Below are positions 1-9,206 of a stretch of 64,000 bases of DNA, one piece after another (within the stretch, counting starts at the first letter, position 1; each line of letters starts with the position of its first letter). Origin of the DNA: Candidatus Electronema sp. JM (GTDB lineage: Bacteria > Desulfobacterota > Desulfobulbia > Desulfobulbales > Desulfobulbaceae); assembly GCF_048287415.1 (NCBI RefSeq), contig NZ_JBLWEN010000001.1, positions 88,790 through 152,789 on the forward strand. Direction: 5' to 3'. The notes under the pieces are model-generated. The model did no database searches, had not been told where the DNA came from, and saw only the letters and a list, made by a program, of their open reading frames with translations. The position numbers and the translations under genes are program-made.

Positions 1-1486
1 CAATTTGGAAAACGGGGTGATCAAGGCTCGGAATATTTTCATCAAAATCGCGGCCACCGCCCTGACCATCGGCAGCGGCAATTCAGCGGGCGTGGAAGGC
101 CCCATTGCCCAGATCGGCGGCGCACTCGGCTCGCAATTCGGCCAGCGGCTGCGGGTTTCCGGGGCGAGGATGAAGGTTTATGTCGCCGCAGGCTGCGCGG
201 GCGGCGTGGCCGGAATTTTCAACGCTCCGCTGGCCGGGGTCTTTTTCGCGGCGGAGATCATCCTGCTCGGCACCTACGAGATCGCCGCTTTTTCCGCCTT
301 GGTCATTGCCTCAGCGATGGCCACCGTGATTTCGCGGGCTTGGTACGGCGAGGTGGCTGCCTTTCCCATCCCTGCGTATCACATGGTCAATCCGCTGGTG
401 GAATTGCCGCTCTACACCCTGCTGGCTGTCATTATCGGCATCTTGGCGGTGCTGCACATCCGTTTTTTTTATTTTGTCCGCGACCGCTTCGCCGCTCTGC
501 CGCTGCACAGCCAGCTCAAGCCGATTTGCGGGGCCTTTTTTGTCGGCTGCGTCGGCATTTTTTTTCCGCAGGTGATGGGCGACGGCTACGAATACATTGC
601 CGAAGTGCTCGACGGCAAGGGCGAGCTGGGCGTGATGGCCGCCCTCATCCTGCTCAAATCCGCCGCCACTGCTGTGACGCTCGGCTCCGGCGGCGCGGGC
701 GGCGTGTTCGCGCCCTCGCTCTTCATCGGCGCGGTGATCGGCGGTGCCTTCGGCAGTGTGGCTCATGCCTTGCTGCCGGAGCAGACCGCGACCGCAGGGG
801 CTTATGCCACCGTGGGCATCGGGGCCTTTCTCGCCGCCGCAACGCACGCGCCGATGACCGCAATTTTCCTGCTTTTTGAAATGACCGGCAATTATCTGAT
901 CATCATTCCGGTGATGCTCACCGCCATACTCGGCACCGTGGTTGCGGAAAAACTCTACGGCGATTCGATTGACACCGTGGATTTCACCCGCGAAGGCATA
1001 GACATCCACGAAGGACGGGAAGTGGCGGTGCTGAAATCGATCAAAGTCGGCAAAGCGATTACTGAAGATGTGGACTTCATCAGCGAGACAGCGAATATCA
1101 ATCATCTCCTCAATCTTTTTGCTATGGCCGATGATTCATTTTATTTCCCAGTGGTCAATCATGCTGGACACATGGTCGGCGTTGTCTCCATGCAAGATGT
1201 TAAAAATATTATTCATGACGATGAGCAGCGTTGCTGTCATCTTGTCGGCGCAATTTGCAGCCGCGAGGTCATCGCCCTGACTCCTGACCATAATCTCTAT
1301 GACGCAATTCAGCTTTTTGACATCAAAGGCATTGAGGAAATTCCGGTGGTCGAGAATATGGAGGACAAATGGGTGCTGGGCATGTTGAAACGCCGGGACG
1401 TGATCTCGGTGTACAACCGCGAGGTGCTGCGGCGCGGCATCCGCGAAAAAGCGGAGGAAATCAGAATCCTCTGCGCGTCCGCCTGA
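1..1486 (+). CDS. ClC-family chloride channel / H+-Cl- antiporter with C-terminal CBS pair (5' end outside window)
   Basis: The frame is open from the window edge; the TTG at 5 is only the ORF-caller start. ClC selectivity-filter-type motifs GSGNSAGVEGP and GGVFAPSLFIGA are present. Two CBS-like repeats occupy the last ~140 aa (FYFPVVNHAGHMVGVVS, IPVVENMEDKWVLGML). Confidence 0.85.
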   Translation, partial: NLENGVIKARNIFIKIAATALTIGSGNSAGVEGPIAQIGGALGSQFGQRLRVSGARMKVYVAAGCAGGVAGIFNAPLAGVFFAAEIILLGTYEIAAFSALVIASAMATVISRAWYGEVAAFPIPAYHMVNPLVELPLYTLLAVIIGILAVLHIRFFYFVRDRFAALPLHSQLKPICGAFFVGCVGIFFPQVMGDGYEYIAEVLDGKGELGVMAALILLKSAATAVTLGSGGAGGVFAPSLFIGAVIGGAFGSVAHALLPEQTATAGAYATVGIGAFLAAATHAPMTAIFLLFEMTGNYLIIIPVMLTAILGTVVAEKLYGDSIDTVDFTREGIDIHEGREVAVLKSIKVGKAITEDVDFISETANINHLLNLFAMADDSFYFPVVNHAGHMVGVVSMQDVKNIIHDDEQRCCHLVGAICSREVIALTPDHNLYDAIQLFDIKGIEEIPVVENMEDKWVLGMLKRRDVISVYNREVLRRGIREKAEEIRILCASA

Positions 1487-1496
1487 GGAGGCCCGC

Positions 1497-1892
1497 ATGA
1501 AGATCAGGCTTTTTTCCTTCGGCTTCAAATATGGCCGCCCGGAAGCGGACACAGTCTTCGATGTCCGCTTTCTGCCAAATCCCTACTGGGTGCCGGAGCT
1601 GAAGGAGCGCAGCGGTCTCGACGCGGAGGTGGCCGCCTACGTGCTGGAAAGCCAGGCCGGACGGGAATTCCTCTCCCGCTTGGAACCGCTGCTGCTCTTC
1701 ATGCTCGACAGCCACCGGCAGGCTGGCCGCGAGGACTTCAGCTGCGCGGTGGGCTGCACCGGCGGCAGGCACCGCTCCGTGGCTGTGACCGAGCATCTGC
1801 GGCGGTTCTTAGCCGGAACGGCGGGCGATAAATTGGAGTTTTTTCACCGCGATATCGAGCGGACAGATGCACCATCAACTAATTTTCCCTAA
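1497..1892 (+). CDS. Stand-alone RapZ (YvcJ/UPF0042) C-terminal domain protein, lacking the N-terminal P-loop domain
   Basis: ATG is preceded by GAGGAGG, 11 nt after the ClC stop. FGFKYGRPEADTVFDVRFLPNPYW...VGCTGGRHRSV matches my recollection of the C-terminal half of RapZ. There is no Walker A and no room for one upstream. Confidence 0.7.
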   Translation: MKIRLFSFGFKYGRPEADTVFDVRFLPNPYWVPELKERSGLDAEVAAYVLESQAGREFLSRLEPLLLFMLDSHRQAGREDFSCAVGCTGGRHRSVAVTEHLRRFLAGTAGDKLEFFHRDIERTDAPSTNFP

Positions 1893-1904
1893 AGGAGAAC
1901 GAAG

Positions 1905-2960
1905 ATGACTCATGAAGAGCTGCTTCAGGCGATTCAAAGAGCTGCGGATAGCAAAGTGGCACGTTTCAATCTCATCGGCACCCAGCTCAAGGAGCTGCCG
2001 CAGGAACTCTTCGGGTTGAGCAATTTGACCGAACTGAACCTGCGCGGCAACTGCCTGACTGAGCTGCCGCCGGAAATCGGCAGGCTGACCAAGCTGAAAT
2101 CGCTCAACCTCGGCGGCTGCGGCCTGCGCTGTCTTCCTAAAGAAATAGCCAAGCTGAACGCGCTGGAGGAGCTGTATCTGCCCAACAATCTGCTGACGGA
2201 ATTGCCGCCGGAAATCGGCCAGCTCACCCACCTTACCGAACTGAATCTCAACGACAATCAGCTCGAAATGCTGCCGCCGGAGATCGGCAAGCTGACCCGC
2301 CTGCAAGAGCTGTCGCTCAACGGCAACCGCCTGAGCGGGCTGCCTGCGGAATTTTTCCAGCTGACCGAGCTATGCGAGCTGAATCTCGACAGCAACCGTT
2401 TGGCCAGCCTGCCGCCGGAAATTGGCACCTTGGACAAGCTGACTGATTTTTCTATTCTCGACAACCGATTGACCGATCTGCCCGCGACCATTGGCAAGCT
2501 GCGCAGCCTGATCCGCCTCTATCTTGGCGGCAATAAACTGCGCCAGTTGCCGTCGGAAATCACCCAACTGACGAACCTGACCGCCCTCTGTCTCGGCAAC
2601 AACGAGCTGACCGAGCTGCCGCCAGAAGTTTTCCAGCTCACCGGGCTGACTGAGCTGAATCTGCACAGCAACCATCTCAGCGAGCTGCCGCCGGAAATCG
2701 CTAAGTTGAGCGGGCTGGAATCGCTCTGCCTCTACGGCAATAAATTCAATTCCTTCTCGCCTGTGCTTTTCCGGCTGCCGGAACTGACTGAGCTGAATCT
2801 GCACAGCAATCATCTCAGCACGCTGCCGCCGGAAATCACCCAGCTCACCAATCTGGCCGAGCTGCTCGTGGACAACAACCCGCTGATCTCGCCTCCGCCG
2901 GAGATCGCCGAGCAGGGCATTGAGGCGGTGCGGGAGTATTTTGCGGAAACAGAGGCATGA
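1905..2960 (+). CDS. Leucine-rich repeat protein (ROCO-type LRR module only)
   Basis: About 13 tandem 23-aa LRRs (LxELPPEIGxLTxLxxLxLxxNxL). It ends with NNPLISPPPEIAEQGIEAVREYFAETEA, the same LRR-to-Roc linker seen in the ROCO protein at 53413. RBS AAAGGAGAA. Confidence 0.85.
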   Translation: MTHEELLQAIQRAADSKVARFNLIGTQLKELPQELFGLSNLTELNLRGNCLTELPPEIGRLTKLKSLNLGGCGLRCLPKEIAKLNALEELYLPNNLLTELPPEIGQLTHLTELNLNDNQLEMLPPEIGKLTRLQELSLNGNRLSGLPAEFFQLTELCELNLDSNRLASLPPEIGTLDKLTDFSILDNRLTDLPATIGKLRSLIRLYLGGNKLRQLPSEITQLTNLTALCLGNNELTELPPEVFQLTGLTELNLHSNHLSELPPEIAKLSGLESLCLYGNKFNSFSPVLFRLPELTELNLHSNHLSTLPPEITQLTNLAELLVDNNPLISPPPEIAEQGIEAVREYFAETEA

Positions 2961-2973
2961 ACGGATGCTACGG

Positions 2974-5124
2974 CTACGGTTTCGCTTTGGGCAGACTGAT
3001 GGCAAAGACCACGCCGCTTCTGCCGTCATCAAGGTTCCGCACGCTGGCCTTGCCGCCGTGATGCTCCAAAATGGTGCGGACGATATACAGCCCCAAGCCC
3101 ATGTGCGGCCGGTCGTCTTTCACGGGCCGATTTGTTGTCATGGAGTTGAATATCTGCTGCTGGACAGCAGGGTCAATAGTCGGCCCCTGATTGACCACCT
3201 GCATGACAATGAATTCCCCCTGCTCCTCCAGCAGCAGCTCGACCGGCGTTTCCGGCAGATGGAATGAAACCGCATTTTCAACTAATTTGTCGAGGGCCTG
3301 ATGCAGGCGGACTGGATCGCCCTCGACTGCCGCTTCCTGCTCCGGCTGCTGATAGAGAAACTTCACCTCGCTGAAAGCCAACTGCCAGCCATGCTCCAGC
3401 CACATGGAAACGGCCCGGCCCAGATCGAACTGCTCTTTGCTGTCGAGAACCAGGGCATTTTTTAAACTGGCTGCCTCGCGGATTGAGGTGAGCAGGCCTT
3501 CCAGCCGCTGCACATCGCGTTCGGCCCAGCGGATGTACTCCATGATCTGCTTGGGCGGATTTTCCTGCTGCCGCCGCTGCTCCTGCTTGAGATTTTTCAA
3601 CGAAGCGGCGACACCGGCCAGCGGCGTGCGCATTTCATGCTCCAGATTGTCGGCCATCTTCTCCCGATGCTCAATCTGCTGCTGAAGCTGCTCCAGCATG
3701 GAATCCAGAGTCCGGCCCAGATCACCGATCTCATCGTGTGACCGCCGCGCCGGACGGCTGCTGCGGAGATGGCCGTCCGAAGTGATGGCTGTCGCGGCCT
3801 GATCCCGGAGTTTTCTGATCCGGCCTGAGAGGCGGTAGGCGAAGAAGAAAAACACGCCGCCGCCGAAGAGGAAGGCCAAAACGGAAAGGGTGATCGTTTC
3901 CTCAATCATCTGGTTGCCGAGCGCGAGGATGGAGTTGGTGGTCTGCTCAACCACCACCGCAGCAATGACCTTGCCGTTTTCGTGCAGCGGGGCAATGGCG
4001 GCCATTACTTCGGTCTGGCCGTCCTCCATCAGGTATTTGGTGAGCGTGTGCCTTCCTTCCAGCCCTTCCCGGATGCCCTGCATGTCCAGCTCAGTCGGCT
4101 GCGAGGCCTGCTCTTGAATTTTCACATCAGGAGCAATGGTGAAAAAACGGTACAGAGGCCGGAGCAGTTCACCAGCTTGGCGCATGATTTCGGTAAATCG
4201 ATCTGCCTCCTCAGACAGATTTTCAGGATTGCGGAGACTGCCGACCTGCGCCCGGACCCGCTGATTTTGATCCACCACCCGGATGCGGGCATAAGGCCGG
4301 TCCAAGGAACGGAGGATATCCTCTATCGGCTTGGAGGTGCCAAGCAGCCAGCCCGGCTCCTGATTGGCAGAAATATTGGCGGTGCCGATCATGGTGCGGA
4401 CACTCCGCTCCTGCTCATCGTCCACATCAGCTACGATAAAGGCCAGCTTGCTGCCGAGCAGATCAAGGGGAATGCGCAGTTCCAGCACATAGCCTCCGCT
4501 TTTCTGCTTCCATACCCCCTGAATGCGCGGCTCGCTGACCGGAAATTTGATTGGATTGCTCGGCATGAGAAAGGGGCTGATCCAGCCTGGTTCATACGGA
4601 GAAATCAAATACCGCCGCTGGCCTTGCTCATCTTCAATCACCAACTGAAGATGGTCGGAACGATCAAGGCGGAGCGAGCTGCGGCTGCGGTAGATGACCT
4701 GGTCATCTTGCACATCAAAAAAAGCGTAGAGATATTTGTCCTGCTTGCCGGTCAGATGACGGAAGCTGAGGGTTTGCGGCAAATATCCCTCTTGCGGACT
4801 GAGCAGATGCTCTTGACCAAAGGTTTTCGCCTGCTCCAGTTCTGGCTGCCAGTCATCCACATTGCCGTCCAGCCGGATGGTGTTGGAAAGCTGAAACAGG
4901 TAGAGATCGCGGCTTTGGTTGAGTGAGCGGAACTGCTCGCGGTCAAACAGGTCGCTGCGGTTGGTGAGGGCGGCCGCGACGGCCTGCGCCGTGAAATTGA
5001 GGGTGTCTTTCTGGCTGATCATCAGGCTGCGCTTGAGCGTGCTGTTCAGCCGCATTCCCAGCAGCGGGAAGAGCAGCAGCAACAGCGAGAGCAGCGCCAG
5101 TTTAGAGCGGAGGGAAATGCGCAC
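2974..5124 (-). CDS. Sensor histidine kinase with large periplasmic domain, HAMP, HisKA and HATPase
   Basis: GTG start 4 nt after the upstream RR stop. N-terminal TM helix, second TM (VLAFLFGGGVFFFFAY), H-box HEMRTPLAGV, and a G-box region GLGLYIVRTILEHHGG. Confidence 0.85.
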   Translation of the reverse strand: MRISLRSKLALLSLLLLLFPLLGMRLNSTLKRSLMISQKDTLNFTAQAVAAALTNRSDLFDREQFRSLNQSRDLYLFQLSNTIRLDGNVDDWQPELEQAKTFGQEHLLSPQEGYLPQTLSFRHLTGKQDKYLYAFFDVQDDQVIYRSRSSLRLDRSDHLQLVIEDEQGQRRYLISPYEPGWISPFLMPSNPIKFPVSEPRIQGVWKQKSGGYVLELRIPLDLLGSKLAFIVADVDDEQERSVRTMIGTANISANQEPGWLLGTSKPIEDILRSLDRPYARIRVVDQNQRVRAQVGSLRNPENLSEEADRFTEIMRQAGELLRPLYRFFTIAPDVKIQEQASQPTELDMQGIREGLEGRHTLTKYLMEDGQTEVMAAIAPLHENGKVIAAVVVEQTTNSILALGNQMIEETITLSVLAFLFGGGVFFFFAYRLSGRIRKLRDQAATAITSDGHLRSSRPARRSHDEIGDLGRTLDSMLEQLQQQIEHREKMADNLEHEMRTPLAGVAASLKNLKQEQRRQQENPPKQIMEYIRWAERDVQRLEGLLTSIREAASLKNALVLDSKEQFDLGRAVSMWLEHGWQLAFSEVKFLYQQPEQEAAVEGDPVRLHQALDKLVENAVSFHLPETPVELLLEEQGEFIVMQVVNQGPTIDPAVQQQIFNSMTTNRPVKDDRPHMGLGLYIVRTILEHHGGKASVRNLDDGRSGVVFAISLPKAKP

Positions 5125-5128
5125 CGAT

Positions 5129-5821
5129 TCAGGGCTGCCAGCGGTAGCCCATGCCGTATTCCGAACGGATGGCGTTGAATTCTGGGTCAGCTTCCCGGAA
5201 CTTGTCCCGGATGCGGCGGATATGGGCGGCGATGGCGTTGTTGGTCACGATCACGCTGGCCGCCTCCATGAGCTGATCATGATTTTTGACATGGCCGGGC
5301 CGCCGCGCCAGGCAAAGCAGTATCCAAAATTCCGTCAGAGTCAAGCTGACCGGCTCGCCTTTCCAGTGCACCTCTTTGCGGTCCTCGTCAATACGCAAAT
5401 CTTGATGCTCAATGATCCGGTTGTTGGCCGGACTGCTGCGCAGGGCTTCGACCGTGCGGAACAGGGCGGAAATGCGGGCCGGCAGAAAATCCAAGGTGGT
5501 GGTGTCCTTGGTCAGATAATCCCATGCGCCGAGCCGCAGGCCGGAAACCCGGTCCACATCTGAATTGCGGGCGGTGAGGAAAATGATCGGAATCACTGGC
5601 GAAAGCGAGCGCAGATGCTGGCACAGCTCGAAGCCGCCAGCCATCTCCTCGCCGAGCATGATGTCTAAAATGGCCAGATCAGGCAGCGAACGGCTGAAAG
5701 CGGTCATTGCCTCCTGTCTGCTGCTGTAGCTGCTGACTTCATAGCCTTCCCGGTGCAGGGCTTGGGCATAATTGGCCTGAAGCCGTGGGTCATCCTCAAC
5801 CAAGGCGATGCGGTAGGTCAT
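5129..5821 (-). CDS. OmpR/PhoB-family response regulator (REC + winged helix)
   Basis: REC motifs (VEDD, DLAILDIMLG, phosphoacceptor context) and a C-terminal winged-helix tail IRSEYGMGYRW. It lies directly upstream of the kinase. Confidence 0.9.
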   Translation of the reverse strand: MTYRIALVEDDPRLQANYAQALHREGYEVSSYSSRQEAMTAFSRSLPDLAILDIMLGEEMAGGFELCQHLRSLSPVIPIIFLTARNSDVDRVSGLRLGAWDYLTKDTTTLDFLPARISALFRTVEALRSSPANNRIIEHQDLRIDEDRKEVHWKGEPVSLTLTEFWILLCLARRPGHVKNHDQLMEAASVIVTNNAIAAHIRRIRDKFREADPEFNAIRSEYGMGYRWQP

Positions 5822-6018
5822 GGCGGAATGTTGCGGGCGAAATAAGCGGTCATGCTGTTTTTTTAAAACGTTACCACAGATTTTTCTTTTCCGCCAGTTC
5901 GGAATGCGTTGTCATGATTCGTCACCTTTCTTCTCCGACGCGTCATGATTCAGCGGCGGAATGGTCATGGTCATTGATAAAAATACTGACAGGAAGAATT
6001 CTTAGATGGAGAACAATC

Positions 6019-6216
6019 ATGACCACAAAAAAAGCAAACAAACTTGGCAGCCTTCCTGCCGTTGACCCTGGCTCTCTGATGCTGGCTGTTTATGTTTTCG
6101 CGGTGAGTGCGCTGGTGCTGCTTGGCTGGCTTGGCTCCGCCGGCGCCGACGGCAAAACGGATATCGTCTTGGCAAAAACAGAAATTCCGGCGGTGACAGT
6201 TCAAATCCAGCGGTGA
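6019..6216 (+). CDS. Small single-pass membrane protein (hypothetical)
   Basis: ATG with GGAGAA 6 nt upstream. One hydrophobic helix (LMLAVYVFAVSALVLLGWLG). The stop is 4 nt before the next gene. Confidence 0.3.
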   Translation: MTTKKANKLGSLPAVDPGSLMLAVYVFAVSALVLLGWLGSAGADGKTDIVLAKTEIPAVTVQIQR

Positions 6217-6219
6217 ATC

Positions 6220-6747
6220 ATGCGGCACCAGAACATATCACCTGAGTTGCAGTATTGTCCGCAGTGTGGTGACGAATACCGGGCGGACATAGTCCGCTGC
6301 GCCGCCTGCGTTGTTCCTTTGCTCAGTGGTAAAGAGCTGCTGGCACAGCAGCGAGGGCAAGCTGCTGCGCCCCGCCGACCGATCAGCCCGGATGATGAGT
6401 TGGTCACCATCCAGAAAGGGCCGGTGGTGCAGATGCAGATGGTGCAGGCGATGCTGAAGCGGGCGGGCATTCCTTCCTTGGCGGCAGGCGAGTCCTCATC
6501 ATCCTGCGCCAGCGGCGGCTGCGGCGGCCCTAACTTGCTGATTCAAATCAGAAGCAGCGATTATGAGGCTGCCGCTGCGGCACTTGCCGCAGAGTATGTC
6601 CGCAGCACCGGGCTGCGCGATCATGACGTTGCCGCCGCTGGCGCAGTTTTTGACGCGGAAGCCGAAACTGCCCTCTGTCCAGCCTGCGGCTGCCACTTTT
6701 CAACCACGCACGACTCCTGCCCTGACTGCGGCCTCTCCTTTGTCTGA
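6220..6747 (+). CDS. Double zinc-ribbon protein with central DUF2007-like domain (hypothetical)
   Basis: CPQCG...CAAC at the N-terminus and CPACG...CPDCG at the C-terminus. The middle section resembles a small beta-alpha signal-transducing fold (my recollection only). Confidence 0.55.
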   Translation: MRHQNISPELQYCPQCGDEYRADIVRCAACVVPLLSGKELLAQQRGQAAAPRRPISPDDELVTIQKGPVVQMQMVQAMLKRAGIPSLAAGESSSSCASGGCGGPNLLIQIRSSDYEAAAAALAAEYVRSTGLRDHDVAAAGAVFDAEAETALCPACGCHFSTTHDSCPDCGLSFV

Positions 6748-6901
6748 CTTTTTGTTTCCACCTTGATTTTCTCGGCGGAAACGAAAAGTTCTTTTTTTTT
6801 TCAGCCAGGATGATGTACAATTTCTTTTAAAAATCCTGCCAGGCAGCGGCGCGCCGCGCATTCCGCCTGGCTGCGGCAACATTTCAAGGAGAGACAGCAA
6901 C

Positions 6902-7660
6902 ATGAAAAAACTCGCAGCATATGCGGCAGCTGGTCTGATGCTGCTGGCCGTGCATCCGGCGGCAGCAGAGGTCAAATTGGAGACAGAAAGCCAGCGGTTC
7001 AGCTACGCCCTGGGCATGGATTTCGGCACCTATCTGAAAGGGCTGGGCGAGGAGTTTGATCTCAACATCATTGAGCAGGCGATGAAGGATGCCTACACTC
7101 CCGGATCCAAACTGCTGATGACTGCGGAAGAGGCGGCCAAGGCGCAGGAAAACTTCGGCAAGCGGCAGCAGCAGAAGTTCATGGCGATGTTGCAGGCCAA
7201 CAAAGAAGCGGCGAAAAAATTTCTTGATGAGAATAAAACGAAAGAAGGCGTGAAGACTACCGCTTCGGGTCTTCAGTACAAAATCATCAAGGAAGGCAGC
7301 GGAGCTAAACCGACCTCGTCCGACCTCGTCAAAGTGCAGTACAAGGGCACCCTGCTTGACGGCAAGGAATTCGACAGCTCGTACAAACGCAAGGAACCGG
7401 CCAAATTCCGCGTGGATCAGGTCATCCCCGGCTGGACCGAAGCCCTCCAGCTCATGCCGGTCGGCAGTTCTTTTGAGCTGTACATTCCGCCCTCGCTGGC
7501 CTATGGCGACCGGGGTGCGCCGCCGGTGATTCAGCCTGGCTGCCTGCTGAAATTTGAGGTGGAGCTGCTGGAAATCCTGAAGCAGGAGGAAAAGCCGAAG
7601 GCGGAACCGGCGGCAGAGGAGAACAAAGCGGACGACAAGAAGGACGAAGGTAAAAACTGA
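6902..7660 (+). CDS. FKBP-type peptidyl-prolyl cis-trans isomerase (FkpA/Mip-like) with signal peptide
   Basis: Signal peptide [26 protein letters not shown] core [12 protein letters not shown]...[16 protein letters not shown]...[22 protein letters not shown]. Confidence 0.9.
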   Translation: MKKLAAYAAAGLMLLAVHPAAAEVKLETESQRFSYALGMDFGTYLKGLGEEFDLNIIEQAMKDAYTPGSKLLMTAEEAAKAQENFGKRQQQKFMAMLQANKEAAKKFLDENKTKEGVKTTASGLQYKIIKEGSGAKPTSSDLVKVQYKGTLLDGKEFDSSYKRKEPAKFRVDQVIPGWTEALQLMPVGSSFELYIPPSLAYGDRGAPPVIQPGCLLKFEVELLEILKQEEKPKAEPAAEENKADDKKDEGKN

Positions 7661-7681
7661 GTTCGTTCTGACGACGGGCAG

Positions 7682-7714
7682 AGCCTGATCCTTTCCGGGA
7701 TCAGGCTTTTTTTT
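7682..7714 (+). terminator. Rho-independent terminator after the FKBP gene
   Basis: AGCCTGATCC (7682-7691) pairs with GGATCAGGCT (7698-7707) and is followed by a T8 run. The hairpin overlaps the last codons of the convergent DUF134 gene. Confidence 0.75.
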
Positions 7715-8003
7715 CTGTCAGTTCATCCTCCTCGAAAATCAAGGCCGCGCCGGAGACCAGCGCATCAGCAGTTTTCTGGCGGGCGGAAGCAAGCAGCCGC
7801 TGCACTGTTCCTCGCGAAACCCCCATCCGCTCCCCAGCCTGTTCTTGAAACAGCCCTTCCAGATCGCAGAGCTTGAGCACCTCCAGCTCGTCGCGAAACA
7901 GCATGATCTGCCTCAGGCTGCGCAGCGGGATGCCGACCGGTTTGAATGCGCTGCTGGGGCAGCCGCCTTCACAGCAGCGTTGTTTCCGGGGGCGCGGCGA
8001 CAT
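7701..8003 (-). CDS. DUF134 (UPF0251) putative DNA-binding protein
   Basis: N-terminal PRPRKQRCC, then FKPVGIP...LFRDELEVLKLCDLEGL.QEQAGERMGVSRGTVQRLL, a sigma-70 region-4-like HTH typical of DUF134. Confidence 0.75.
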   Translation of the reverse strand: MSPRPRKQRCCEGGCPSSAFKPVGIPLRSLRQIMLFRDELEVLKLCDLEGLFQEQAGERMGVSRGTVQRLLASARQKTADALVSGAALIFEEDELTEKKA

Positions 8004-8013
8004 GCGGGGCAGC

Positions 8014-8415
8014 TCAATGGTGGTGGCAGTTGCCGTCGCCTTTGCAGGTCTGCTCAGGCCGCATCAGGGCGAAGCTGCCTGCCAGCAGCCCGGCTGCGGC
8101 ATCCTTGACATGCTTCAGGCCAAGCAATTCAGCACGATAGACCGCAATGCCCACATCCGCGCAGGCCTGCATGGGCCGCGCTCCCATGCCGCCAACCACC
8201 AGTGCGCCGACACCTTTGTTGTGCAGCAATTTCACCGGCCCGACACAGCCGCCTGCGCCATGCTCCACATTGGCGACTGTGTCCACTGAGGCTATGGCCC
8301 CATCCTGAATTTGGATCAGGGTGAACAGATCGCAGTGGCCGAAATGTTCGGAAATTTCCGCATCTAAGCCGCCAGGATTATTGGACGGCACTGCCAGCGT
8401 CATCGTCGCTTCCAT
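8014..8415 (-). CDS. NifB/NifX-family (dinitrogenase FeMo-cofactor-binding fold) protein
   Basis: EHFGHCDLFTLIQI...GAGGCVGPVKLLHNKGVGALVVGGMGARP matches the PF02579-type pattern. Start is ambiguous (ATG at 8415 or 8403). The C-terminus is Cys/His-rich (CKGDGNCHHH). Confidence 0.7.
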   Translation of the reverse strand: MEATMTLAVPSNNPGGLDAEISEHFGHCDLFTLIQIQDGAIASVDTVANVEHGAGGCVGPVKLLHNKGVGALVVGGMGARPMQACADVGIAVYRAELLGLKHVKDAAAGLLAGSFALMRPEQTCKGDGNCHHH

Positions 8416-8627
8416 TTTTTTCGCTCTGCTGAAATTTTTTCTTCTGCGGCAGCCGATTGCTGCCGCACGTTTTGAACATATGCACATTACGCCGCCTGCG
8501 CCAGCATGTCAAGCACGAAAAATCACCGCCTGCCGGTGGACAAGAACAGCGGAATAGTGTACCTTGCAGCAGCTTATCCGCTTCAGAGCAGCGGCGTTCA
8601 GCCTGCTGCCAATTCCCGGAACATCGT

Positions 8628-9194
8628 ATGCGCAGACGTTTTTTTCTTTTTCTTTTTCTTTGTGTTGCCTTGCCCGCTGTCCTGTTTGCGGCAGGAGCTG
8701 AAGATGACAAGCCGACAGTTGCCGGCATCACGCTCACGGCCTCTGGCGGACGGCTGCTGCTGGCCGCCGCTGTCAAAAATTCTTTCACCAAAGAGATGCT
8801 GGAAGGGGTGCAGAACGGCATCCCTGTCATCTTCCGCTTCACCATGAAGCTGGAGCGCGTCCGCAGCTATTGGTTCAACAAGGAACTTGCCGCTCTTGAT
8901 ATCAGCCACACCCTGAGCTACGATCCTATCCGGCGGGAATATCAGATCGTTTTTTCGGAGAAAAAACAGCCGCACAGCACCCGTTCTCTGAGCGAGGCGC
9001 AGCGGCTGATGGCCGAGCTGAAAGGACTTGAAATCGCTAAACTGGATCAGCTTGCCGCTGGTTCAGGCTGCGCCCTGCATATCAAGGCCACGCTGGCGGA
9101 AAATACTTTTCCGCTTGGTCTGCACATGATTATCCCCTTCACTTCGCTGTGGAATATTGAAACCGACTGGCGCACTGTCGAATTCACCTACTGA
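8628..9194 (+). CDS. DUF4390-like periplasmic protein (partner of NtrY-type kinases)
   Basis: ATG at 8628 gives signal peptide MRRRFFLFLFLCVALPAVLFA. It lies immediately upstream of the NtrY-like kinase. The family call is from recollection of this conserved neighbourhood. Confidence 0.55.
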   Translation: MRRRFFLFLFLCVALPAVLFAAGAEDDKPTVAGITLTASGGRLLLAAAVKNSFTKEMLEGVQNGIPVIFRFTMKLERVRSYWFNKELAALDISHTLSYDPIRREYQIVFSEKKQPHSTRSLSEAQRLMAELKGLEIAKLDQLAAGSGCALHIKATLAENTFPLGLHMIIPFTSLWNIETDWRTVEFTY

Positions 9195-9206
9195 GCATGT
9201 GGACCG

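Noticed and set aside
6748-6801. Terminator after the zinc-ribbon gene (GTTTCC...GGAAAC followed by a T10 run)
   Set aside because: The 6-bp stem is separated from the T-run by about 9 nt and has a 17-nt loop. This is too weak to call as a feature, though the T10 tract at about 6791-6800 is real.
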